Both the position numbers and the translations under genes were made by a program. From an uncultured delta proteobacterium (GTDB taxonomy: Bacteria; Myxococcota_A; UBA9160; UBA4427), in contig CAWGJT010000011.1 of the NCBI GenBank assembly GCA_963822965.1, forward strand, positions 92,039 to 156,038: DNA of 64,000 nt, read 5' to 3'. How positions within the stretch are numbered: position 1 is the first letter of the stretch; each line of letters begins with the position of its first letter. The notes beneath the pieces were generated by a model that searched no databases, was not told the origin of the DNA, and was given only the letters and a program-made list of their open reading frames with translations. Positions 1 to 8,561 of this stretch are shown piece by piece.

Positions 1-68
1 CACATCAAGTCGTCTGGAGCTTCCTCAGTCCTTGCCACATGAACGAGGCTGCCGTTCCCGCCGCGGCT

Positions 69-138
69 CCCCGTAGGGGTTTGACATAACGGCCATACTC
101 AGATGTCGAGCCAGAACGCAGCTTGAATGCCCTATCCC
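69..138 (+). mobile_element. Diverged IS91/ISCR oriIS-like end
   Basis: CCCC-GTA-GGGG hairpin, then TTGACATAACG...TCGAGCCAGAACGCAGCTTGAATGCCCTATCC. Colinear with the right two thirds of the 97-bp repeat. Confidence 0.55.
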
Positions 139-195
139 CACATCGCAACTCTTCCAATCCCGATCGATCGGCAGTGCCTGGTCGCACTGAATACC

Positions 196-1371
196 CTACC
201 CCCACTTCTCCTCGTGCAGCCTTCCCCACGAAACCAGCTTCGCAGCTGATCTGCGCTGACTCTCTTCACCGCCGTAGGCGATGACGACCTCGCACGGGCG
301 TGACGGATCGTCGAGGTGGCCGCGCACGCGATTCGCACCTGCGAAGAGACTTGGCGAGGCGGTCTGCGCGGACTTGGCTTCCACCAACGTCAGCCGATCA
401 GGATGCTCGATGACGAGGTCGGCCTCGGCTCCATCACGGTCGCGGTAGTACGAAAGACCTCCCGTCTCACCGCGGTTCACGCGATGCTTGGTGATCTCGG
501 ATACGACCCAACTCTCGAAGATCGCTCCACGAAGCGGATGAGAGCGAAGCTGCTCGGGTGTGCGGATGCCGAGCAGCCAACAGACGAGACCGCTGTCGTA
601 AAAGTGGAGCTTCGGCATCTTGACCAGACGCTTGCGAAGATTCGAGCGAAACGTCGGCAGCCGAAATGCGATGAAGCTCGTCTCCAAAATACTGAGCCAG
701 GCCTTCGCGCTCGGCTGCGAGATCCCGCAGTCGGCCGCCAACGAGGAGTAGTTGAGGAGCTGCGCAGTCCGGCCCGCACAAAGCTCGACGAAGCGCTGAA
801 AGGTCACGAGGTCTCCGACATTGCTGATCGTGCGCACGTCGCGTTCGACGTAGGTGGCCACGTAGGAGCCCAGCCAGTCGCTCGGGTCGAGCTTCTGATC
901 GAAGATGCGCGGATAGCCGCCGGCGATCAGCGTCTCCTCAAGGCGCCCCGGATGCCGCTTGAAGCGGATGACCTCGCTACGCGCGAGGGGAAGCAGGTGG
1001 AGCACCGCCGACCGGCCTGCGAGCGACTGACTCACCGATTCGAGCAGTGCGAGATTCTGCGACCCGGTGAGAATCCAGCGGCCGGGCCTCGGGTCGGCGT
1101 CGATGATGCCTTGGAGGTAGGAGGGCAAGTCGGGCGCTCGTTGTACTTCGTCGATCACCGCGCCCTTCGGAAACTGGCTCAAGAAAGCGCGGGGGTCCTC
1201 GACAGCAAATCCTCGAACGTCCGGCGCTTCCAGGTTCACGTACGGGAGCGTCGGAAAGACGGTCTGACACAACGTCGACTTGCCACTCTGGCGCGGCCCC
1301 GTGAGGGTCACTGCCGGGAACTGACGGGCGGCCTTTCGCAGCCGAGGGGTGAGGTCGCGATCGATGGTCAT
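196..1371 (-). CDS. AAA+ ATPase with DUF4143 C-terminal domain
   Basis: 391 aa; GPRQSGKST Walker A, IDEVQRAP Walker B, LTGSQ, KMPKLHFYDSG, YYRDRDGAEADLV. Confidence 0.9.
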   Translation of the reverse strand: MTIDRDLTPRLRKAARQFPAVTLTGPRQSGKSTLCQTVFPTLPYVNLEAPDVRGFAVEDPRAFLSQFPKGAVIDEVQRAPDLPSYLQGIIDADPRPGRWILTGSQNLALLESVSQSLAGRSAVLHLLPLARSEVIRFKRHPGRLEETLIAGGYPRIFDQKLDPSDWLGSYVATYVERDVRTISNVGDLVTFQRFVELCAGRTAQLLNYSSLAADCGISQPSAKAWLSILETSFIAFRLPTFRSNLRKRLVKMPKLHFYDSGLVCWLLGIRTPEQLRSHPLRGAIFESWVVSEITKHRVNRGETGGLSYYRDRDGAEADLVIEHPDRLTLVEAKSAQTASPSLFAGANRVRGHLDDPSRPCEVVIAYGGEESQRRSAAKLVSWGRLHEEKWG

Positions 1372-1525
1372 TGCGAGAAGTCTATCGGCCTGTTTCGGCT
1401 AATTCAAATGGTGATTTTGTGATAGCCGTACCGTTCACTGTGACCAAATCGTGCCCGCATTCCTACGTATTCCCCCTCATTCCCTTTCGGAATCGCGTAA
1501 CTATTTGGATCTCCTAGAGGTCCGT

Positions 1526-1575
1526 TCAGGCTTCGAACCTGAGGGTCGGGGGTTCGAATCCCTCCCGGCGTGCCA
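1526..1575 (+). pseudogene. 3' half of tRNA-Arg(TCG), probable att-site duplication
   Basis: Anticodon arm TCAGG-CTTCGAA-CCTGA, T arm GGGGG-TTCGAAT-CCCTC, 3' acceptor strand and CCA. No D arm or matching 5' acceptor strand upstream. Confidence 0.85.
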
Positions 1576-1593
1576 GTTTTTCTTCGGTCCATT

Positions 1594-2216
1594 GGTCCAT
1601 TCCGGACACATGGTTTACAGATTATTCCGGAGACATCGTTAACACATTCTCCGGTCCGAACGGGTTCGGAGCGGGCTCGACCCGTCCCTCGTCCCGATCG
1701 AAGAAGCCGAGGTCGTAGTCGAGGAAGCTGACGAGCCAGACCTCGTCGTCGATCTCCCGGATCCCCACGATCTCGCCTGCGAACACCCGGCTGAGGTTGA
1801 TCTTCCTCTTGCCAATGCAGATGCGTTCGGAGTGCGTGACACGGACCGACCGATCGTGGAACGGGTACTCCGGCTCTCGCGGCTGTGCGTAGGCACGAGC
1901 CGAAGGTGTATAGACGTCCCCAGGGTAGGCACCGCCCAGGGCCTGGTGCGGTCGCTCGTCGTTGTATACCGCGATGAACCGATCGAAGCGTTCCTGCTGT
2001 TGCAGGAAGTTGAACGACGCGGGCTTCGTGGATTCCCTTTTGGGTGTTAGGTGCATGCGTTCGTGGCGTCCGTTCTGTTGCGGACAGCCCGGCTTGATGC
2101 GTTGGATCTGGATCCCGAGCTTGAGCCACCAGACCGCAAGCTTCGAGAGCCCGAACAACGCGTTGCCCGAAGCGAAGGGGACGCCGTTGTCGGTGCGGAT
2201 GGCGCCCGGGAGCCCG
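1594..2216 (-). mobile_element. IS481-like element, right-end portion only (integrase-core transposase 5'-truncated)
   Basis: GLPGAIRTDNGVPF...QQNGRHERMH...YNDERPHQAL, stop at 1622. Subterminal repeats TCCGGACACATGGTTTACA / TCCGGAGACATCGTTAACA. Frame runs into the 97-bp repeat. Confidence 0.85.
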
Positions 2217-2308
2217 CTGCGGGGCCTGAACCCCTCAGGCCCCTGATTGACATAGCGTGAAGTTATCGGACCTCGAGCGCAAAACCGCGCTTGAAACGCC
2301 TATCCGCC
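2212..2308 (+). repeat. 97-bp direct repeat, copy 1 (putative miniature rolling-circle element)
   Basis: Identical to 6726-6822; hairpin GGGGCCTGA-ACCCC-TCAGGCCCC, TTGACA, terminal GCGCTTGAAACGCCTATCCG. Confidence 0.95.
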
Positions 2309-3668
2309 CGACCACGATCCCCCCGACGTCGTTCGCCAGGTCGAACAGGATCTGCGTGCGCTCGCGGGCCTGGGCGTTCTCGAAGACGACGTCGTGATCG
2401 TTCGGGTCGTGTCCGATGTCGCGGAAGTGCTGCAGGACGGCCGCCTGGATCGGAATCTCCCGCAGCTCGGTGCCGAGCCGCCGGGCCAGGGCGTCGGCGG
2501 AGCCGCGCGTCCGATCCGTCGTGCCGAAGCCCGGCATGTTGACGGTGAGGATGTCCTCGGGACCGCGGCCCAGGCGCTTCATCGCCTCGGCACAGACGAG
2601 CAGGGCCAGGGTCGAATCGAGCCCACCCGAGAGGCCGAGGACGGGACGCGCCCCGCCGAGCCGGCGCGCGAGCCCGGTGGCCTGGAGGCTCAGGATCTCG
2701 CGGGCGCGCTCGTCCACGCGCGCGGGGTCCGCGGGCACGAACGGCCGCGGGTCGACGGCGCGCTCCAGGGTCTCCAGCCGCGGGGCCGGTCCCAGACCGG
2801 TCACTGGGTAGGCCTCGCCGCGCGACTCACCGAAGGTCATGTTGCGCGAGCGCTCGTGGAGCAGCTTCTCGAGGTCGAGGTCGGCCAGGACCATCGATCC
2901 CTCGAGCCGCAGCCGCTCGCTCTCCGCGAGGAGCACGCCGTTCTCGGCGATCATCGCGTGCCCGCCGTAGACGAGGTCCTTCGTCGACTCGCTGGGACCC
3001 GACGAGACGTAGACGTAGCCGGCGTGGAGCCGGGCGGACTGCTGGCGGATGAGGTCGCGGCGGTAGTCGGCCTTCGTGACCCAGTCGTTGCTCGCAGACG
3101 GGTTCACGACGACGTTCGCGCCGGCCAGGGCATGCTGACACCTCGGCGGCACGGGCGCCCACAGGTCTTCGCAGATCTCGACCGCGAAGACGAGCGGGCC
3201 GATCCGGAAGAGCTGGCGGGTCGTGAACGGGAACCCCTCCGCGAAGTCGATCGCGCCCGCTCCCGACGTGAACCAGCGCTTCTCGTAGTACTCCCCGTAG
3301 TTGACGAGGTGCGTCTTCGGCACGGCACCCTGAATGCGACCGCCGTGCAGGACGAATGCGGTGTTGTAGAGGCGGCCGTCCGGCGTCCGGTACGGGGCGC
3401 CGACGACCAGCGCGGGCAGCCCGGCGCTCGCGCGGGCCAGCCAGTCCAGGGCGCGGCGCGTCTCCGCCAGGAGCTCCGCCGACTGGAAGAGGTCCTCGCA
3501 GCTGTGGCCCGTGAGACCGAGCTCGGGAAAGACCACCAGCCCGGCGCCACGATCGCGGGCGCGCTCCGCCCACGCCAGCGTCGTCCTGGCGTTGGCCGCC
3601 GGATCACCGAGGGCCAGCGGCGGCGAGACCGCGGCCACGCGGTGGAACCCCAGAGCCGAGTAGTCCAT
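2307..3668 (-). pseudogene. nadE: Glutamine-dependent NAD+ synthetase, 3'-truncated
   Basis: Nitrilase domain (VFPEL, VPKT, EICEDLW), then LGLSGGLDSTLAL and FENAQARERTQIL. Breaks at GGIVVG, where the conserved TGDLSE is replaced by repeat sequence. Confidence 0.9.
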
Positions 3669-3823
3669 GGGCGGGGAGTGTACGCCGCCATCTCCCGGCT
3701 CACGATCGCCGAGCGACGCCTCCACGACGCGGTCCCCGGGGCGGGTGGTCCGTCTCAAGTCCCGGAGCCGCCGATCCGAATCAGACCGTCGGAGCGCCGG
3801 GAGTCTCGCAGGGGGAGTGCAAG

Positions 3824-4441
3824 ATGGCCGCAAAAGCCTGCATCAAGGGCTCGATCGTGGCGGGGCACGCCGAGAACCTGAAGAAGTACCTGGCCGAGGC
3901 GCAGCCCTCCCAGCCGGTCCTCGACCAGGCCTTCCGGGCCGGCGAGATCGAGCTGCTCACGGGCCCGATCGATTCGATCAAGTGGTACGACATCCGGACG
4001 TACGAGCGGCTGCTGATCTTCCTCCGCGACCATCTGGGCGACGGCCGCAAGGAGTATCTCGTCGCGGCGGGCAGGCGCTCCGCCCAGAAGCTGCTGGATG
4101 CCGGCATCCACCAGCAGTTCGAGTACCTGAGCCGCACCCAGGTCGCCTCCAAGACGGACAAGCACGAGCGGCACGCGGCGTTCGGCCGCGACCTGCGCCT
4201 CCTCAGCACCATCTCGGGAGCGATCCTCAACTTCACGACGCCGGTGGTGATTCCCGACCCCGACAACACGCTGCGTTGGATCATCGAGCACGCAGACGCG
4301 GCGGACTATCCCGAGCCCCTGTGCTGGACCGCCCAGGGCTTCAACAACCGGATGGCCGAAGTGCACGGTGTACCCGACCTGTGGTACTGGGAGCGGCCCC
4401 GACCCGACGTCGTCCGGTTCCGGATGAATCGCGAGGTCTAG
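3824..4441 (+). CDS. Hypothetical protein (205 aa)
   Basis: Clean ORF with GGGGAG RBS and typical codon usage; no diagnostic motif. Confidence 0.7.
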   Translation: MAAKACIKGSIVAGHAENLKKYLAEAQPSQPVLDQAFRAGEIELLTGPIDSIKWYDIRTYERLLIFLRDHLGDGRKEYLVAAGRRSAQKLLDAGIHQQFEYLSRTQVASKTDKHERHAAFGRDLRLLSTISGAILNFTTPVVIPDPDNTLRWIIEHADAADYPEPLCWTAQGFNNRMAEVHGVPDLWYWERPRPDVVRFRMNREV

Positions 4442-4470
4442 AGCGCCCTGCGCGGCGGGAGCCGCGCGCG

Positions 4471-6198
4471 TCACGGGGCGGGCTTCGCGCCGCGCCGCAT
4501 CTGCTCGAGCTGCACGAGAGCGGCCCGGGCGAAGTCGGTCCGGGCGCCGCCGGCGGACACGGCGCCCTCCAGGGCACCCTGCGCCGCGTCGAGGTCTCCC
4601 TTGACGATGTAGCCCTGCGCGAGGACCAGCAGGTCTTCCTGGTTGGGGTGGGGGATCGACTTCACACGCTCGATCCAATCGTCGGCGAACTCGATCAGCA
4701 GCGCGTCGAAGCCGGGCGTGCCCCGCAGGTTCGCGTAGCGGGGCGTGAGCAGCACGTCGAGCTTCCGGAACCCCATGTCTCGCGCCCGCTCGAGGTACTC
4801 GACGGCGGACTCGCGCTCGCCCCGTGCGGCGGCCTTCGCAGCGCGCGCGACGAGCGCCCAGCGACCCTCCGGGTAGTGGATCATGGTGTCCGCCATCACG
4901 GTGGTCTCGCTCCGCCAGACGAAGGAGCGCGCATAGGCCAGTCGAGCGAGCGCGGCGATCCAGACGACCGCCAGGACGGCGAGCACACGACCCAGGTGCG
5001 CGAATGCCGGGCGACCTGGGACGGCCGGGATCCGCTGGACGGCCTCGGCTCCCGCGAGCAGGACGCCGCCGATCAGGCCGGGAAGAATGAAGTAGAGGTA
5101 GCGATCCGCGATGATGTGCGGCAGCGGCACGACGCCGCTGATCGGTGCGAAGGAGAGCGCCGCCCAGATCCAGAACGCCGCCTCGACGCTCCGCCGGCGG
5201 AGCGTCACCGCCAGGCGCCAGCCGAGGACGCCGAGCACCGGAAGCGAGGCGAGCCACCACGGGTCGAGCCACGAGGTGGCCGGCTTCAGATCCTGGAAGG
5301 GCGAGAGGCCGTACCCGGAGACCGCCATCGCGAGATAGCGAAGCGCCACGGCGAAGATCGTGCGCACCCGGGTGGCGAGATCGGGGATCTGGACCACGTA
5401 GGTGCCGGCGGTCTCGGAGAAGGCGCGGATCTCGGCGAGGCCGAAGGCCAGCAGCGCCACGCCCCAGCCCGCAAGCCACCGCCAGCGCCAGTCCCGGGCA
5501 CCGCCCGGCGGGACCCCGGCCGCGGCGCCCCGCTGCACGGCCAGCCCCAGGGCGATGGCGACGAAGATGCCGACCGCGGCCATCGGCTTGGCGAGCAGCG
5601 CGAGCGCGAAGGATGCCAGCGCGAGGGCGGGACGCTTCGGGTGCCACAGGAGCCCGGCCAGCATCAGCACCATCGCGGAGGTCGTCTTGAGCTGGCTGAT
5701 CCAGGCCACCGCCTCGACGTTCGCCGGATGCAGCAGGAAGAAGCTGGCTCCCAGCAGGGACGGAATCTCGCGGCCCGTCCAGCGTCGGAGCAGGACGAAG
5801 AGCAGCGCCGAGGCCAGCGCGTGGGCCAGCACGTTGACCAGGTGGTGGGCGATGACCTGTCCACCGAAGAGCTGCCACACGATGCCATGCAGGAGCAGAT
5901 GGACCGGTGCGTAGTTCTCCACCACCCGGATCAGGGGCCCGCTGGGGTCCAGGATCGCGAGCACGTTCGCCACGTTGAGATGGTGCACGTACTCGTTGAG
6001 CTGGACGTAGTAGACGTCGTCGGAGACGAAGCTCCCGTTCAGCGCATGGAAGTAGACGGCGCCGGCCCACAGCGAGAAGGTGACCAGGACGAGCGCGATG
6101 GAGATCGGCTTCGCCGGGGCCGCCGCCACGGCATCGCTCCGCTCTCCCGCCTCCATCGTCGGCCTCCCTGCCCCGGGCATCGGTGCGAGCGTAGCCAA
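4471..6198 (-). CDS. Multi-pass membrane protein, TMTC-like GT-C glycosyltransferase with C-terminal TPR-like helices
   Basis: FVSDDVYY, LHPANVEAVAWIS, IADRYLY, many TM segments; start uncertain. Confidence 0.75.
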   Translation of the reverse strand: MATLAPMPGAGRPTMEAGERSDAVAAAPAKPISIALVLVTFSLWAGAVYFHALNGSFVSDDVYYVQLNEYVHHLNVANVLAILDPSGPLIRVVENYAPVHLLLHGIVWQLFGGQVIAHHLVNVLAHALASALLFVLLRRWTGREIPSLLGASFFLLHPANVEAVAWISQLKTTSAMVLMLAGLLWHPKRPALALASFALALLAKPMAAVGIFVAIALGLAVQRGAAAGVPPGGARDWRWRWLAGWGVALLAFGLAEIRAFSETAGTYVVQIPDLATRVRTIFAVALRYLAMAVSGYGLSPFQDLKPATSWLDPWWLASLPVLGVLGWRLAVTLRRRSVEAAFWIWAALSFAPISGVVPLPHIIADRYLYFILPGLIGGVLLAGAEAVQRIPAVPGRPAFAHLGRVLAVLAVVWIAALARLAYARSFVWRSETTVMADTMIHYPEGRWALVARAAKAAARGERESAVEYLERARDMGFRKLDVLLTPRYANLRGTPGFDALLIEFADDWIERVKSIPHPNQEDLLVLAQGYIVKGDLDAAQGALEGAVSAGGARTDFARAALVQLEQMRRGAKPAP

Positions 6199-6352
6199 CT
6201 CGACCGGGACGGAGTGCCACAGCCGACCCGATGCGCCCCAGCCGCGAGCCGCTTCCCGCGGCGCGGCCGTGCGAGGCAGGGCGCGAACGTGCCATCCGGC
6301 TTTACAGCTCCACGGCGATCGTCATAGGATGGTGGCCTCGTCGGGAGGACCC

Positions 6353-6730
6353 ATGTGAGGATTCCGACTCGTCCTCGTCGCGCTCGTCGGCGCCGGACCT
6401 GCGACGGCCACGACGATCACCCTGTCGCAGGCCCAGCTCCTCGACGCCGACGAGGTGACGGCATTCTTCGGCGGCAACGGGCAGGTCCTGAGCCGAACGG
6501 CCGACGGCGACGGCGTGCTCTTCGAGATCGACGGGGGCACGATCGACTATGGGAAGGTCGCGGTCCGTCTCCGCCTGAACGGCGCCGATCTCACCGCGTA
6601 CGACGACTTCGGCCTGCATTTCGACGTCGTCTCCGCGCCGAACCCGATGCTCGCCAACCCGTTCGTCCAGACCGGCCTCCTGGGAACAATCTTCAACGAG
6701 TACGTCTCCGGTGACGTCGTGCAGGGCCCG
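6353..6730 (+). pseudogene. Secreted protein fragment (stop at codon 2; 3' end cut by repeat)
   Basis: GGAGGA RBS, ATG-TGA-GGA then signal peptide FRLVLVALVGAGPATA in frame with ORF 6455-6760, which ends inside the repeat. Confidence 0.65.
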
Positions 6731-6822
6731 CTGCGGGGCCTGAACCCCTCAGGCCCCTGATTGACATAGCGTGAAGTTATCGGACCTCGAGCGCAAAACC
6801 GCGCTTGAAACGCCTATCCGCC
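6726..6822 (+). repeat. 97-bp direct repeat, copy 2
   Basis: Identical to 2212-2308. Confidence 0.95.
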
Positions 6823-7247
6823 TTCGTCCAGGAGGACGCGGGCGAGGAGCGCGCGCATCGCGCAGGACTTCGTCGCGCGAATGCCCGCGTAGCCCGCCCG
6901 ATGCGCCTTCTGCCTCCCCCCGACAAGCTGGGCGTCGTCAAACGCCACCTTCGCTGGCTCCCGGCCATGCTCGCGTTGCTGCTCGCCAAGCAGGTCGCGG
7001 CCGTCCCGCTGGTGGCGATCGCCCTCTGGCTCTCGCTGCGCGATCGGGGAGCCCCGGCGCGCAGCTTCGAGGCCTGAGCCGAGCACCAGACGGGAGCCCC
7101 TCCTCGCGGGGAGCGGAGTAGCCTTCCGGACCCCGGACGACGACCGGCCTTTCGGAAGCCGGCTCCCGGTCGGCCGCCCGCCGCACGATGCGTCGGTGAC
7201 GCCGCGCACCGAACCTCGACTGACACAAAAATGAGTTTCAACGAGGC

Positions 7248-8561
7248 GTGCCGGTCGTCACCCGGCGATCGTGCGTCCCGTCACCTCTGGTTTCTTTCTT
7301 GCGGCAGCCACCTTCAGCCGTGACTTCAGTCACGGGCCGGCCCTTCCTCGCGCCCGAGAGAAGAACATCGTCTGCGACAGCGCGAGGTTGGATGTCATGC
7401 GATGGACTGTTCGAAAGTTTTCCTGCTCTTCCTGCTCTTCCTTCGACGGCTCGGCGTTGGGCCGCCGTCGTCTCGATGATGCTCGTTGCCGCCGCAGCCC
7501 ACGATGCGCACGCGATCGTCGTCGAGGGCATGTCCGCTCAGTTCGCCTGGACGCCGGCGGCGGGGCCGGTGGCCGGGTACCGGGTGTTCGTGACCCGCGA
7601 CGGTATCACCGGGACGACGCCGGAGATCAGCGTGTCGACCACCGGGGCCACGATCCCGGGCCAGGTGGGCGAGACCCTTGGCGTGCAGGTAGCGGCCTTC
7701 GACGCGGCGGGCAATCAGGGACCGCTCAGCGTCGCCTCGGACAGCGTGACCCTGGCCGCCGTCCCGCCGCCCCCCTCGGTGGTGATCGACGTCGCAGGCG
7801 ACTACTCGCTCGAGGACGCCCTGGCAACGGCCACCCCCGGCGAGCAGGTGGTGGTCCACCTCCAGGGCACCGGCAAGCAACTGCTGGACACCGCGCCGCC
7901 CGCGGACCTCGCAGCGGGCGAGACCTGGGGGATCGACCAGCTGGTGGTCGGGAGCCCCGACGCCCCCGCGACGGTGCGCCTCATCGACGCCATCGGCCTC
8001 GACCAGTCGACGCCGCCCGCGAGCCTACCGACGGTCACCCTGGCGGGCCTCGGCAACGGCGCGCCGTGCGCGCGGGACGGCGCCCCCGGACTCGTCATGC
8101 AGCCGGGCTCTCGCCTGGTGCTGGGAGGGATCGATCTCTACGCGTTCGACGGGCAGACTTGCGTGCACGTGAACGAGCTCTTCCCCGGGCCGTCGGATCC
8201 GAACGTCGTCGCCTACGGGGGAGGTGAGATCCAGCTCTACGGCGACTTGGACGACGACAGCGTGCTCGACCCGGACGACAACTGCCTGCTCGTCGCCAAT
8301 CCTGAGCAGTGCGACACCAACGGAGACGGCTTCGGCAATCTCTGCGACTTCGACGTCGACGGGGATGGGGTCGTCAGTCTCCGCGACGTCAGCATGGAGC
8401 ACGACGCCGCTGTGGCGACGAGCGCCGCGCCGAACCTCGATTTCGACTGCGACGGAGGCGTGAGCCTCAACGACGTCAGCCTGGTGGCAGACGCGGTTGG
8501 ACTGGCTCCGGGTCCCTCCGGCCTGGCGTGCACCGCGGATGCCAGCTGCGAAGGACCGTGA
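7248..8561 (+). CDS. Secreted protein: FN3-like domain, thrombospondin-3 repeat, C-terminal dockerin-like EF-hand pair
   Basis: Signal peptide ending AHA, WTPAAGPVAGYRV, DNCLLVANPEQCDTNGDGFGNLCD, DVDGDGVVSLRDV / DFDCDGGVSLNDV; true start probably ~7392-7479. Confidence 0.7.
   Translation: MPVVTRRSCVPSPLVSFLRQPPSAVTSVTGRPFLAPERRTSSATARGWMSCDGLFESFPALPALPSTARRWAAVVSMMLVAAAAHDAHAIVVEGMSAQFAWTPAAGPVAGYRVFVTRDGITGTTPEISVSTTGATIPGQVGETLGVQVAAFDAAGNQGPLSVASDSVTLAAVPPPPSVVIDVAGDYSLEDALATATPGEQVVVHLQGTGKQLLDTAPPADLAAGETWGIDQLVVGSPDAPATVRLIDAIGLDQSTPPASLPTVTLAGLGNGAPCARDGAPGLVMQPGSRLVLGGIDLYAFDGQTCVHVNELFPGPSDPNVVAYGGGEIQLYGDLDDDSVLDPDDNCLLVANPEQCDTNGDGFGNLCDFDVDGDGVVSLRDVSMEHDAAVATSAAPNLDFDCDGGVSLNDVSLVADAVGLAPGPSGLACTADASCEGP

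Noticed and set aside
1500..1575. Functional full-length tRNA
   Set aside because: No 5' acceptor strand or D arm complementary to the 3' half.
2247..2280. TTGACA in the repeat as a complete sigma70 promoter
   Set aside because: No credible -10 hexamer at 16-18 bp spacing in either repeat variant; more likely a conserved binding box.
3667..6327. Very long alternative-frame ORFs (also 15180-17852, 18667-21747, 30598-33138, 62129-63895)
   Set aside because: Arg/Pro/Ala-rich shadow frames of real genes, expected in high-GC DNA with few stop codons.
6353..6358. TGA (and the tnpA TAG at 11994-11996) as evidence of stop-codon recoding
   Set aside because: TGA and TAG terminate many intact genes in this window, so isolated mutations or base errors are simpler.
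2212..6822. 97-bp repeats as a CRISPR array or integron attC sites
   Set aside because: Too long and 4.4 kb apart for CRISPR. No RYYYAAC/GTTRRRY boxes, and they cut genes internally rather than flanking whole ORFs.
7300..7345. Hairpin CCGTGAC-TTCA-GTCACGG as a riboswitch
   Set aside because: A single stem with no recognisable aptamer consensus.
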